DNA of 64,000 bases from an uncultured Candidatus Bathyarchaeia archaeon (GTDB lineage: Archaea > Thermoproteota > Bathyarchaeia > Bathyarchaeales > Bathycorpusculaceae), in assembly GCA_964487415.1 (NCBI GenBank), contig CAZAPQ010000126.1, forward strand, positions 2,320-66,319, read 5' to 3'. The notes under the pieces are model-generated. The model searched no databases. It was not told the DNA's origin and saw only the letters and a program-made list of their open reading frames with translations. Made by a program: the position numbers and the translations under genes. Shown piece by piece: positions 10,217 through 19,853 of the stretch; the stretch's first letter is position 1; every line of letters starts with the position of its first letter.

Positions 10217-10444
10217 TTAAGCTATAAGTTCCACCCTCTTTTTGCCTCGTGTCAAAGAGGTTGTTCGTATTTTCCCCGCAATTTCCAGTCGCATAAGCAT
10301 CTCATTAAAATCTTTGAAACCTAAGTCATTGAATTTTTCGCTTATATGCTCAAATAGCTCCGTGTCTGTCGTGGCGCCTTTCTTTTTAAGAATCTCAAGT
10401 AACGTGTAGTATGCTGGATGAGTTTTCCATAGTTTCATAGGCAT
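10217..10444 (-). CDS. Small winged-helix-like hypothetical protein
   Basis: The ORF-track start (10522) overlaps the cdc48 3' end, so I use the internal ATG at 10444 (MPMKLWKTHPAYY..). No family recognised. Confidence 0.4.
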   Translation of the reverse strand: MPMKLWKTHPAYYTLLEILKKKGATTDTELFEHISEKFNDLGFKDFNEMLMRLEIAGKIRTTSLTRGKKRVELIA

Positions 10445-10458
10445 AACTGCTCCCCTCT

Positions 10459-12630
10459 TTACGTGACTGGCGTAGCTGGCTTCTGCACCTGCCTCAACTG
10501 CTGCATAAAGCTCCTGTACCATTTCTCCATGTCAGGCGTTATGGATGGTCCTATTCTTTTTAGCGCCTCTTCGAAGTCCTGCATATTAACCTCTTTTGCG
10601 TTTATATCCCTTCTTAGCGCATGCATCGCCGCTTCTCTACAGACAGCCTCTATATCTGCTCCGGAATAGTACTTAGTCATGGAGGCTAGTTGCTCTAAGT
10701 TTACATCCTTTGCGAGTGGCATGTTTTTAGTGTAAATTTTGAATATTTGAAGTCTCCCCTTTTCGTCTGGCTCTGGCACGTATATGAGCCTATCAAATCT
10801 TCCTGGACGAAGCACCGCTTGATCAACTATGTCAGGCCTATTGGTTGCGGCGATGACTACAACATCTTCTAATGTTGTTATTCCATCCATTTCCGTTAAT
10901 AGCTGGCTTATCACCCGTTCAGTTACGCCGCTGTCGGCGTAGCCTAAACCTCTGCGGGGCGCCAGAGAATCTATTTCATCAAGGAATATTATTGCTGGAG
11001 CAGCCATTCTTGCCTTCCTGAAAACCTCCCTTATAGCCTTCTCGGATTCGCCGACCCATTTTGAAAACACTTCCGGACCCTTAATTGTTATGAAATTGGC
11101 TTCACTTTCTGTGGCTACCGCTCTGGCCAGCAAAGTTTTTCCACATCCCGGGGGGCCATAAAGCAGAATTCCCTTTGGCGGTCTTATTCCAAGCCTCTTG
11201 AAGATTTCAGGCTGCTTTATAGGCCATTCAACGGCTTCTCTAAGTTCCTGTTTAACACTTTCAAGGCCGCCTATCTCATCCCAATGGACGGTGGGCACCT
11301 CAACATAGACTTCACGCATGGCAGTCGGCGTGATCTCCTTGTAGGCATTCAGGAAATCCTCCATCTTGACCTCCATTTTTTCAAGTACTTCTGGAGGAAT
11401 CCTTTCCTCCTCAAGGTTTATCTGCGGAAGATAGCGTCTCAAAGCCTTCATGGCGGTTTCCCTACAAAGGGCTGCCAAGTCGGCTCCGGTATAGCCATGA
11501 GTCATCTCGGCAAGTTTTTTGAGATCAACATCTTCCGCTAGGGGCATACCCCTTGTGTGTATTTGAAGAATCTCATATCTTCCCTGCTTGTCGGGGACGC
11601 CTATCTCAATTTCCCTATCAAACCTTCCGGGTCTGCGAAGTGCTGGGTCTAGGGCTCCAGGCCTGTTAGTTGCGCCTATAACAATGACATTTCCCCTTCC
11701 GGATAGTCCATCCATTAAAGCGAGAAGTTGGGCAACAACTCTCCTCTCAACCTCTCCCGTAACCTCCTCACGTTTCGGCGCTATTGCATCTAACTCGTCA
11801 ATGAATATTATGCTTGGCGCATTCTGCTGGGCCTGTTGGAAAATTTCTCTAAGTCTCGCCTCGGATTCCCCGTAGAACTTGCTCATAATTTCAGGGCCAT
11901 TTATGCTGAAGAAGTTGGCTTCAGCTTCGTTGGCTACTGCTCTAGCTAGCAGTGTTTTCCCACATCCAGGAGGACCATGAAGCAAAACTCCTTTAGGAGG
12001 CTCGATGCCTAATCTTTGGAAGAGTTCCGGATGTCTAAGTGGGAGTTCCACCATTTCCCTGACCCGCTGTATTTCTTCATGAAGCCCCCCTATGTCCTCA
12101 TATGTCGTTCTCGGCACGCCCTTGCCTTCAGGCGCTGGCTCTGATAGTATAGTTAGCTTTGTTTCAGTCGTAACCTTTACAATGCCGTGAGGACGTGTTT
12201 TTGTCACCATAAAGGGTATTGCGTGCCCAAGCATCATAACAAGAGTTGTATCCCCTTCAGCAAGGGGTCTTTCCATGAGGCGGTTCTTAACAAAATTAGT
12301 AAAGTCCTCATCAACGTTGAGTCTCATATCCACCGGAGCCAAGGTAACATTAAGAGCCTCTTTCACCTTAGTAGATCTTACAATAACATATTCATTTATC
12401 GCCACGCCAGCGTTTTTACGCGTGAAGCCATCTATTCTTATTATGTCACGATTTTGGTCTTCACTGTAGGCTGGCCAAGCAATAGCCGCGGTGGTACGCT
12501 TTCCAACAATTTCTATGACATCACCAGCGCTTATGCCTAGCTTCTGCATGGTCTTTTGGTCAATGCGAGCTATGCCTCTGCCTACATCTCTTTGTTTGGC
12601 ATCTCCTACTCGAAGCTGAACCTCCGTCAT
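10459..12630 (-). CDS. cdc48: CDC48/VCP-type AAA+ ATPase
   Basis: 723 aa. N-domain (VGRGIARID), two Walker A motifs [11 protein letters not shown], and two AAA modules. Confidence 0.92.
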   Translation of the reverse strand: MTEVQLRVGDAKQRDVGRGIARIDQKTMQKLGISAGDVIEIVGKRTTAAIAWPAYSEDQNRDIIRIDGFTRKNAGVAINEYVIVRSTKVKEALNVTLAPVDMRLNVDEDFTNFVKNRLMERPLAEGDTTLVMMLGHAIPFMVTKTRPHGIVKVTTETKLTILSEPAPEGKGVPRTTYEDIGGLHEEIQRVREMVELPLRHPELFQRLGIEPPKGVLLHGPPGCGKTLLARAVANEAEANFFSINGPEIMSKFYGESEARLREIFQQAQQNAPSIIFIDELDAIAPKREEVTGEVERRVVAQLLALMDGLSGRGNVIVIGATNRPGALDPALRRPGRFDREIEIGVPDKQGRYEILQIHTRGMPLAEDVDLKKLAEMTHGYTGADLAALCRETAMKALRRYLPQINLEEERIPPEVLEKMEVKMEDFLNAYKEITPTAMREVYVEVPTVHWDEIGGLESVKQELREAVEWPIKQPEIFKRLGIRPPKGILLYGPPGCGKTLLARAVATESEANFITIKGPEVFSKWVGESEKAIREVFRKARMAAPAIIFLDEIDSLAPRRGLGYADSGVTERVISQLLTEMDGITTLEDVVVIAATNRPDIVDQAVLRPGRFDRLIYVPEPDEKGRLQIFKIYTKNMPLAKDVNLEQLASMTKYYSGADIEAVCREAAMHALRRDINAKEVNMQDFEEALKRIGPSITPDMEKWYRSFMQQLRQVQKPATPVT

Positions 12631-12730
12631 TCAGAACGCCTCTAAACTTAATTGTGATTATACGTGTCGAAACAGTTCTTGTGTTTAATATAAAGGTTTA
12701 TGCCTTTTAACCTTGTGTGCTTTGCCATTC

Positions 12731-13006
12731 CTATGTACTTGTTCTTCTAACCATTACTGGCTGAACTTGACTTATTTCGCTTATTTCGCCTAATTTATTC
12801 TCCAATTCCTCAAGCATGCCAGTTTTATCCTCTGGAATTTTTATGGCGCAAATTAATGCTTTTAATCCAAATGCTATTGGTTCTTCTCCATATCCGTAAA
12901 CCATTGCATGCTCTGGAAGCATGCTCTCTATTTTCTTTTTCAAATCATCGAAATTAACCGTAATATCAACAGGAAATATTTTATATGTTATTACAACGCT
13001 TCCCAT
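12731..13006 (-). CDS. ef1b: Elongation factor 1-beta (aEF-1beta)
   Basis: 91 aa. VVITYKIFP..GYGEEPIAFGLKAL pattern and the usual pairing with the upstream Zn-finger gene. Confidence 0.85.
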   Translation of the reverse strand: MGSVVITYKIFPVDITVNFDDLKKKIESMLPEHAMVYGYGEEPIAFGLKALICAIKIPEDKTGMLEELENKLGEISEISQVQPVMVRRTST

Positions 13007-13025
13007 GCTTCATTTCTCCTAAACT

Positions 13026-13226
13026 TTATGGGCCCGTAAATCCGCATTTAGGACACTTATAGGGTCGTCCAAATTTTCTACATCTTACACATCTTCTTAT
13101 TATGATCTCTCCGCAATCCGGGCATGGAAACTTTGTAGCCTCTGCTCTTGGTGGAATTGGCTTACCGCAGCTTGTGCATGTTGCTAAGGTTATAGTTAAT
13201 GCTTTTTCAGACATCTTGTTTCCCAA
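13026..13226 (-). CDS. Zn-finger protein (COG2888/DUF1610 type) commonly linked to ef1b
   Basis: 66 aa with four CxxC pairs (CTSCG, CPDCG, CVRC, CPKCG). Confidence 0.6.
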   Translation of the reverse strand: MGNKMSEKALTITLATCTSCGKPIPPRAEATKFPCPDCGEIIIRRCVRCRKFGRPYKCPKCGFTGP

Positions 13227-13349
13227 AGGTATATTGCTGTAATTGTCGAGCTTACTTATATTTTATACGTTTTATTTTTACATTCTGCCTCATAACTTAT
13301 TCGCAAAATTATTATCATTCTTCTTGTTTATATGCCCAAGTGGGTCTAT

Positions 13350-14384
13350 TTGGGAGTAAACCTTCGGGATATTGTACCTAAAACTATTGTAAGGCTTGAA
13401 GATTTAAGCGGAAAATCCATGGCAATAGATGCCTATAATGCCCTCTACCAATTTTTGGCCATAATCCGCCAGCCGGATGGCACTCCGCTCAAAGATAGCA
13501 GTGGGCGAATCACAAGCCACTTAAGCGGTCTTCTTTACAGGACATGCAACCTTGTTGAGCTCGGAATTAAGCCAATCTATGTCTTTGACGGGGTTCCTCC
13601 AGCTTTAAAAGAGGCTGAAATTAAAAGGCGAATGAAAGTGAAGGAGGAAGCCCTAATAAAATATGAACAAGCCTTAAGGGAGGGCAAAATTGAAGAAGCC
13701 CGTATGTATGCACAGGCTACTTCAACGCTTAAAGATTACATGGCTGAAGACAGCAAGCGTCTCTTAAATTTAATGGGAATTCCATGGGTTCAAGCCCCAA
13801 GTGAGGGTGAGGCCCAAGCTGCCTACATCGTGAAACATGGAGATGCTGATTACTGTGCAAGTCAGGATTATGACAGCCTGCTTTTTGGTGCTCCCTGCCT
13901 TGTAAGAAACGTTACAATTTCCGGTAAGAGAAAACTTCCTGGGAAAAACGTGTACGTTGAAGTTGTACCTGAAATAGTTGAACTTGATCGCGTGCTAAAG
14001 GAGTGGGGGATAACTCATCAGCAGCTGATTGATATAGGAATACTTGTAGGAACGGATTATAATCCTGATGGTGTTAAGGGATTAGGTCCTAAAACTGCCT
14101 TGAAGCTGATAAAAGAATATAAGTGTCTTGAAAATGCTCTGCCTCACTTGAAGAGTGCAGAGTTTCCAGTGGATCCATTGAAGATTAGAGAGCTTTTCCT
14201 AAAACCTAACGTAACTGCTAATTATAAGATAGAGTGGCGGGAGCCGGATGTTGAGGGGGTAGTTGCCTTCATCTGTGGAGAGCGAGATTTTTCAGAGGAC
14301 CGTGTAAGAAAAGCTCTAGAGAAAATGCAAAAAGGATTGGCCAAAATTAAGGGAAAAACAACACTTGAAAGATGGTTTGGATAG
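13350..14384 (+). CDS. fen: Flap endonuclease 1
   Basis: XPG-N/XPG-I motifs (AIDAYNALYQFL, QAPSEGEAQAAY, GTDYNP). The start is moved to TTG 13350, giving the family-typical MGV N-terminus. ATG 13332 is the alternative. Confidence 0.9.
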   Translation: MGVNLRDIVPKTIVRLEDLSGKSMAIDAYNALYQFLAIIRQPDGTPLKDSSGRITSHLSGLLYRTCNLVELGIKPIYVFDGVPPALKEAEIKRRMKVKEEALIKYEQALREGKIEEARMYAQATSTLKDYMAEDSKRLLNLMGIPWVQAPSEGEAQAAYIVKHGDADYCASQDYDSLLFGAPCLVRNVTISGKRKLPGKNVYVEVVPEIVELDRVLKEWGITHQQLIDIGILVGTDYNPDGVKGLGPKTALKLIKEYKCLENALPHLKSAEFPVDPLKIRELFLKPNVTANYKIEWREPDVEGVVAFICGERDFSEDRVRKALEKMQKGLAKIKGKTTLERWFG

Positions 14385-14404
14385 AAGTCAACTAATTAAC
14401 ATAG

Positions 14405-15119
14405 CTAAATTTTGTGGCCATACCGTCCGGTTAATGGAACAAAAGCTACTCCTCCAAGGTTTTCTTCTATAATTCTGCCATCACTTCTTTTTGTGATCTT
14501 TATTAAGTTTTGAAAAAAGTGCACACTTCCAACAGGGATAACCATTATTCCCCCAGGCTTTAACTGCTCTAATAAAGGTCTTGGAATCTCAGGTGCCGCT
14601 GCAGTTACTAAAATGCGATCGTATGGAGCTTTTTCCGGGTAGCCCATGGAACCATTTGCCGAGATTATAGTGATGCGGTCGCTGTATCCCGCTTTCATTA
14701 TGTTTTTTCTCGCCAATTCAGCTAAAGCCTCTATTATCTCCACCGTGTATACGTGGCCCCATTCGCTTCTAGGAGCATCATTTGGGGCTACAATCTCAGC
14801 TACAGTCGCGGCATGCCACCCTGACCCCGCGCCCACCTCCAATACTTTCTGGCCTATTTCCAATCGGAGGGCTTCATTCATTATTGCGACCATGTTTCGC
14901 CTGGCCTAGCTTTCAGCTTGGGCCATGTGGCGCGGAAACCGTCTGCCCATATCCAATTGGAAGGGGCGTATCCGCGGCGCTGTATGCTTTCATGTTTTCT
15001 GGAAGAAATTTTGATCGGGGTACGAGGCGCATGGCCCTGATTACTTTCTTGGATCTTAATATGCCCTCTCTTATTAAATTGTCAATAAGTCTATTCCATT
15101 CTTCTTCCAAGATGTTCAC
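14405..15119 (-). CDS. pcm: Protein-L-isoaspartate O-methyltransferase, interrupted by a 31-nt insert (predicted join 15119..14927 + 14895..14405, 227 aa)
   Basis: The N-terminal ORF ends [15 protein letters not shown]. The C-terminal ORF starts [26 protein letters not shown] (SAM-binding motif). The two halves abut in intact PCMTs. Confidence 0.85.
14896..14926 (-). other. Candidate bulge-helix-bulge (relaxed hBH-type) pre-mRNA intron, 31 nt
   Basis: mRNA sense: CGCC-ACA-UGGCC-CA-AGCU-GAA-AGCU-A-GGCCA-GGCG-AAA. A 4-bp helix CGCC/GGCG is flanked by 3-nt unpaired segments on opposite strands. Removing these 31 nt restores SAPHMVAIM in frame. Confidence 0.5.
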
Positions 15120-15186
15120 CGACTAATTAGATTGCATACTGATTTTTTAACATGTCTAATTTTAGCGAGAAGTGCTTGTTAAATGC

Positions 15187-17016
15187 TTACTTCACAGTTA
15201 CCGATTTTGCAAGATTTCTTGGTTTATCCGGATCATATCCTTTTTCAACTGCCATGTAATATGCAAAAAGCTGCAATGGCACGATAAAGGGTATTGGAGA
15301 CAACACATCCGGTATGCCTTTAGGTAATTCTATGTAGTCATCAGCAAATTTTTTCAATTCCTCATCCCCCTCCTCTATAAGAACTATTATGGAAGCGCCC
15401 CTCGCTTTCATCTCCATAATGTTTCCCATGATTATTTTACGAGTTTCATCTCTTGGGCAAATGAAAATTGCCGGTACACCCTCTTCGATGAGGCTTATGG
15501 GCCCATGTTTGCTTTCGCCGGCAGGAAAAGCCATGGCTGGAACATAGGCGATTTCCATAAGTTTCAGTCTGCCTTCATAGGCTGTTGCCGTGCTTATTCC
15601 CCGCCCCAAGAACATGAAAACTTTAGCGTCTCTGTATTTTTGGGCGAGTTGCCTAACTTTTTCCTCCTGTGTTCTAATCACAGTTTCAACGATATCCGGC
15701 AACTTTTTCAACTTAGCCTCTATAAAGTCCATTTCATCTTGGGAGATCTTACCCCTTTTCTTTGCTAATCTAAGGGCAAGCTGAGCTAGAACTGAAAGCT
15801 GGGATGTGAAAGTCTTCGTTGCGGCTACGCCTATTTCAGGACCTGATTGTTGGCATATGTAGACTCTTGAAATTCTGGTCAATGTTGAGCCAATAACATT
15901 TGTTAACCCCAATATGGTAGCTGCCCTTAGTCTCGCGGCGTTTACCGCTGCAATCGTGTCTGCAGTCTCCCCGGACTGACTTACAGCTAAAATTGTGCTA
16001 TCAATGTTGACAGATTTTCCATGCTGCTCTATGAATTCTGATGCTATAACTGGGTATGTGGCCAAAAAGGCAAGTTTAGAAAACATGTAAGATGCAGCTA
16101 AACAAGCATGATAAGAGGTTCCACATGCAACTAGAAAAACCTCACGGGCACGATCCAAAAACGTTGCCATCAGATCTAAATAGTGCTCCTGCAGCCTAAG
16201 GGTGTTTTTTAGGCATAATGGCTGCTCATGAATCTCTTTTAACATAAAGTGCGTGTAACCCTGCTTAATCGCCATTTCTGGGGTCCAATCAATTAGCTTT
16301 GGCTCCCTCATCACAGGACTTGCGTCCGCTATCTTCTTGATCTCGAAACCTTCAGGAGACAGAACTGCAAATTCATCATCCTCAATTATAATAACTTTGT
16401 TGGTTAAGGGCAGAAAGGCTGGGATATCTGAAGCGCAATATAGCGCGTTTTCTCCTATACCAATAATAAGCGGGCTTTCCCTTCTGGCGCAGATGATTTT
16501 ATCGGGCTCTTTAGGCGAGATTACGGCGATGGCGAAGGAACCTTCGAGTTTCCTGACAGCTTCGAGAACTGCTTCTGCAAGCTTTAATGAAGGATTGCTT
16601 TTTAAATTTTCTTCAATAAGGTGTGCTATGACCTCTGTGTCGGTTCTAGACGTGAATGCATGGCCCTTATTTTCCAATTCAAGTTTTAGCTCAGCAAAGT
16701 TTTCAATTATGCCGTTGTGAACTAAAGCTATTTGGCTCCCACAGTCTGTATGGGGATGCGCATTTTCCTGTGTGGGCGCTCCATGCGTAGCCCATCTTGT
16801 ATGACCTATACCAACTCTTCCAGGCAAATCATCCAAGTTATGGATTCTATGAATCTCATCAATTTTTCCACAATCCTTCTTTATGTAGATTTTACCATCA
16901 TGTAATGTCGCTTCTCCGGCAGAATCATAGCCCCTGTATTCAAGCCTCTTTAGGGCTTGATGTATAACTGGCGCCGCGGCTCCGTTCTTCATTATGCAGC
17001 CAAAAATTCCGCACAT
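15187..17016 (-). CDS. glmS: Glutamine--fructose-6-phosphate aminotransferase
   Basis: MCGIFG N-terminal nucleophile, two SIS domains, C-terminal KSVTVK-type tail; 609 aa. Confidence 0.92.
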   Translation of the reverse strand: MCGIFGCIMKNGAAAPVIHQALKRLEYRGYDSAGEATLHDGKIYIKKDCGKIDEIHRIHNLDDLPGRVGIGHTRWATHGAPTQENAHPHTDCGSQIALVHNGIIENFAELKLELENKGHAFTSRTDTEVIAHLIEENLKSNPSLKLAEAVLEAVRKLEGSFAIAVISPKEPDKIICARRESPLIIGIGENALYCASDIPAFLPLTNKVIIIEDDEFAVLSPEGFEIKKIADASPVMREPKLIDWTPEMAIKQGYTHFMLKEIHEQPLCLKNTLRLQEHYLDLMATFLDRAREVFLVACGTSYHACLAASYMFSKLAFLATYPVIASEFIEQHGKSVNIDSTILAVSQSGETADTIAAVNAARLRAATILGLTNVIGSTLTRISRVYICQQSGPEIGVAATKTFTSQLSVLAQLALRLAKKRGKISQDEMDFIEAKLKKLPDIVETVIRTQEEKVRQLAQKYRDAKVFMFLGRGISTATAYEGRLKLMEIAYVPAMAFPAGESKHGPISLIEEGVPAIFICPRDETRKIIMGNIMEMKARGASIIVLIEEGDEELKKFADDYIELPKGIPDVLSPIPFIVPLQLFAYYMAVEKGYDPDKPRNLAKSVTVK

Positions 17017-17210
17017 TTTTAATCCTCTTTTTCATCTTTTCTGAATTTTCAGCTACTCTTATTTTCTTTTTCCTTAAATAAGCATTTTTAAGACAAAATT
17101 GAAAATTTTGAAAAACTTTTGTGGATGTTAACTTTCGTAAAACCTTGCGGTAACATTTGTTTTCCATTTGTTGTGTGTAAGAAAACGGAACCATAAAAAA
17201 GATTTTAATA

Positions 17211-18227
17211 ATGGACATGAATACTATATCTGAAAAGACCATGAACAAAGCGGCGGTAAAGTTTCTTCTATGCGACGATGGAAAAGTCCGAATGGTTAAG
17301 GATATTAAAATTTTTGACGATCCACAGATGCTTAAGATGATTCTGAACAGAACTAGCTGGAAAATTTTGTCAATGCTCTACGAGAAGGAAAGATACCCGC
17401 TAGAGGTGGCCAGAGCTTTAGGAGTTCATGAACAGAAGGTTTACTACCACATAAGGAAGCTGTTGAAAGCTGGAGTGGTGACCCTGGCTAGGCAGGAGGA
17501 GAGAAAAGGGGCTGTGGCTAAATATTATAAGGTGATTTATCCCGCCTTCGGAATAGAGTTTCCTCAAGGGTACAAGCCTATTGAAAGACTCCTATCATCA
17601 TTATTTGGTTTTGGTGGTTATAGTGTGGTGCGAATGTTCTTTAGCGAATTCATAAATCAGAATGGAATTTTTGATGGGAAAATTGTTGTAGGGAGTCCTA
17701 TACCCCATGGTCCTTTTAAGACAAGTGCTAGAGATGGCCATTACGCCAGCCACTTGGCTTTCTTCTTTGGACAGTTTATTATAATGCCCCATGATTTTTC
17801 TGTGAAGTTGGACGTGGATGTGAAGGTGGAAAAAGAAGAGAAAAATAATCTGGTGCTTGTAGGAGGGCCAGGAACAAATCTTTTGACGCAAGAGCTTAAC
17901 GACTATCTTCCCGTGAAATTTAATATGATGCCATCTGAGCAGGGTTATCTTTTCGGCGGACTGGTGTCACAAAAAACTGGGCGTGTTTATGTTGCAGACT
18001 CTGTTGGTGTTGTGGCGAAAATAGTCAATCCGTGGGATTCCAGCAAGAGGGTTATAGTGCTTGCCGGAAATAAGGCGGTGGGCACTAAAGCATGCGTTCT
18101 GGCTTTGACGAACTTCTGGGAAAAAACCCTTAAGGATTATAGAGGCGAGGACACTTTTGCGAAAGTCATACAGGGCTACGACATGGATGGTGATGGAAAG
18201 GTTGATTCCATAGAAATTCTTGAATAA
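17211..18227 (+). CDS. ArsR-type wHTH protein with uncharacterised C-terminal domain
   Basis: HTH segment ERYPLEVARALGVHEQKVYYHIRKLLKAGVV. The C-terminal 200 aa is unassigned and ends with a DGDGKVD Ca-binding-like motif. Confidence 0.5.
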   Translation: MDMNTISEKTMNKAAVKFLLCDDGKVRMVKDIKIFDDPQMLKMILNRTSWKILSMLYEKERYPLEVARALGVHEQKVYYHIRKLLKAGVVTLARQEERKGAVAKYYKVIYPAFGIEFPQGYKPIERLLSSLFGFGGYSVVRMFFSEFINQNGIFDGKIVVGSPIPHGPFKTSARDGHYASHLAFFFGQFIIMPHDFSVKLDVDVKVEKEEKNNLVLVGGPGTNLLTQELNDYLPVKFNMMPSEQGYLFGGLVSQKTGRVYVADSVGVVAKIVNPWDSSKRVIVLAGNKAVGTKACVLALTNFWEKTLKDYRGEDTFAKVIQGYDMDGDGKVDSIEILE

Positions 18228-18269
18228 TTATCGAGCAAGGTCGCTTGGCTCGCTTATGGGCTGATTGAC

Positions 18270-18695
18270 TTGAAGGCATCCGAAGTAATTATAGCCTATG
18301 GGCATGAGAATGTCCAAGCTACTCATCGATCAACTTTCGAGATTACCAAGGAAAGCCATCTGTCTAAACGAGGAGATTGCATAATCGCTGTTTCTGCCAA
18401 TAAAGGTTTAGCGGAATTAAGCGATATTTTTAAAGAAGTATTGCGTAAGTGTGGCTCTAAATTAACCATTTTAATTGAGGCCGGAGGGGCGAGCGATGTG
18501 ATAAATGCCTTTGGAAGCCCCTTGCTTACTCTGATGCATCCCACAGAAATGGTTGTGAGAAAAAGTAGTTACGTGTGTAGGCGCACTTTAGCCATACAAG
18601 CGGATAAAGCTGCATGTGATCTTTCAAAGGCTCTTGTGGAAAAACTTAAAATCCCCGGAGAAGAGGTTCGGATAACGCTGACAGTTAGGGTTTAA
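18270..18695 (+). CDS. DUF371 domain protein
   Basis: IIAYGHENVQATHRSTFEITKE..GDCIIAVSANKG pattern; TTG start. Confidence 0.6.
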   Translation: MKASEVIIAYGHENVQATHRSTFEITKESHLSKRGDCIIAVSANKGLAELSDIFKEVLRKCGSKLTILIEAGGASDVINAFGSPLLTLMHPTEMVVRKSSYVCRRTLAIQADKAACDLSKALVEKLKIPGEEVRITLTVRV

Positions 18696-19759
18696 AGCAC
18701 TTCCACATCTAAGACTATTTGCCACTCGTAGGGTGCTGTCTCCCGTACAGACCTTGAAAATAGGAACTTCTTCACTTTTCTTCCAGCCTTCTCAACTTCT
18801 TCCTGGAGGCGAATTTTTAAGTTTTCAATGGAATCTGAGGCTTTGGCAAAAGTGTAAAAGTGTATCGTGCCTCCTTCAGGTTTTAATGTTTCGCATGCAG
18901 CATCCAAAAATTCTATAGCTTTCTCGGGTAGGTTCATTATTACCCGATCTGCAATGCCTTTAAGCCTATCCTTCACAACCTGTTTTGCATCTCCGAGTAT
19001 TGGGTGAACCTTATTTTCAACCCTATTCAGCCTAATGTTTTTCTTTAAAAGCTCGAATGCGCTTGGATTTATGTCTATGGCATAAACCCTAACGTTTTCA
19101 TGAGTTTTAGCAATTAGTATGGAGAAAGGACCTACTCCAGCGAACATATCCACAACTTTTTCATTCTCTTTAACCAAGGAAGCTACGCGGCTGTGTTCAT
19201 AGGAAAGGCGTGGCGAGAAGTAAACCTTAGCTAGGTCTATGTAATATTTACATCCATGCTCTTTATGGATGGTTTCAGTTTTAGGTTCACCTGCGATGAA
19301 GGTAAATTCTCTAAGGCGATAAGTTCCAGTTATTGCACTGGCCTTGGCTAAAACTGTGCGGATCCCCTTATGCGCCTGCAAAATTGCACAGCCTAAATCA
19401 TTTTTATATGGTTCAAGCTCTGGGGGAATTTCAATTGTTGCTATGTCTCCTATAATATCCATAGATTTGGGAATGCTTGCAAGTAAGTATGATGGAAGTT
19501 TACCTTCAAGAAGTTCCAGAAATGTTTTTTGTTTTTCCCTGAAAGGGAAAATGTAATTGATGACCTCCATGTTAGTGATGTTCCTTTTAAGAATTTCAGA
19601 TTCTTCTTGAGATGGGTTCCGGTTTAAAGGTATGTAAATGTGACTGCCGTTTCTCTGAACTTCTAATTCATTATCAATTATTTTAAGCATATGGACTAGT
19701 CTTATTGCTTTTTCGCCTTCCTTTTTAGGAACCCTTAGACATTGAGATTTTTTGGGCAT
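18692..19759 (-). CDS. trm5: tRNA (guanine37-N1)-methyltransferase Trm5/Taw22 family (Met-10+ like)
   Basis: VVDMFAGVGPFSILIA SAM motif, RVIMNLP; 355 aa. Confidence 0.75.
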   Translation of the reverse strand: MPKKSQCLRVPKKEGEKAIRLVHMLKIIDNELEVQRNGSHIYIPLNRNPSQEESEILKRNITNMEVINYIFPFREKQKTFLELLEGKLPSYLLASIPKSMDIIGDIATIEIPPELEPYKNDLGCAILQAHKGIRTVLAKASAITGTYRLREFTFIAGEPKTETIHKEHGCKYYIDLAKVYFSPRLSYEHSRVASLVKENEKVVDMFAGVGPFSILIAKTHENVRVYAIDINPSAFELLKKNIRLNRVENKVHPILGDAKQVVKDRLKGIADRVIMNLPEKAIEFLDAACETLKPEGGTIHFYTFAKASDSIENLKIRLQEEVEKAGRKVKKFLFSRSVRETAPYEWQIVLDVEVL

Positions 19760-19853
19760 AAATTTAATAATTGTTTTCGTTTAACCATTTATTAATTAAG
19801 CCGTTCAATATTGTTTTATAATTTTAGTTCCTAGTAAAGGTTAAGATATTTTG

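Noticed and set aside
14891-14930. Translational bypass (a T4 gene 60-style hop) across the pcm insert, using the ACAUGG repeat that occurs 33 nt apart.
   Set aside because: Landing on the second CAU would resume at GGU-CGC-AAU (..H-G-R-N-N..), the wrong frame for [10 protein letters not shown]. Only removal of 31 nt restores the protein.
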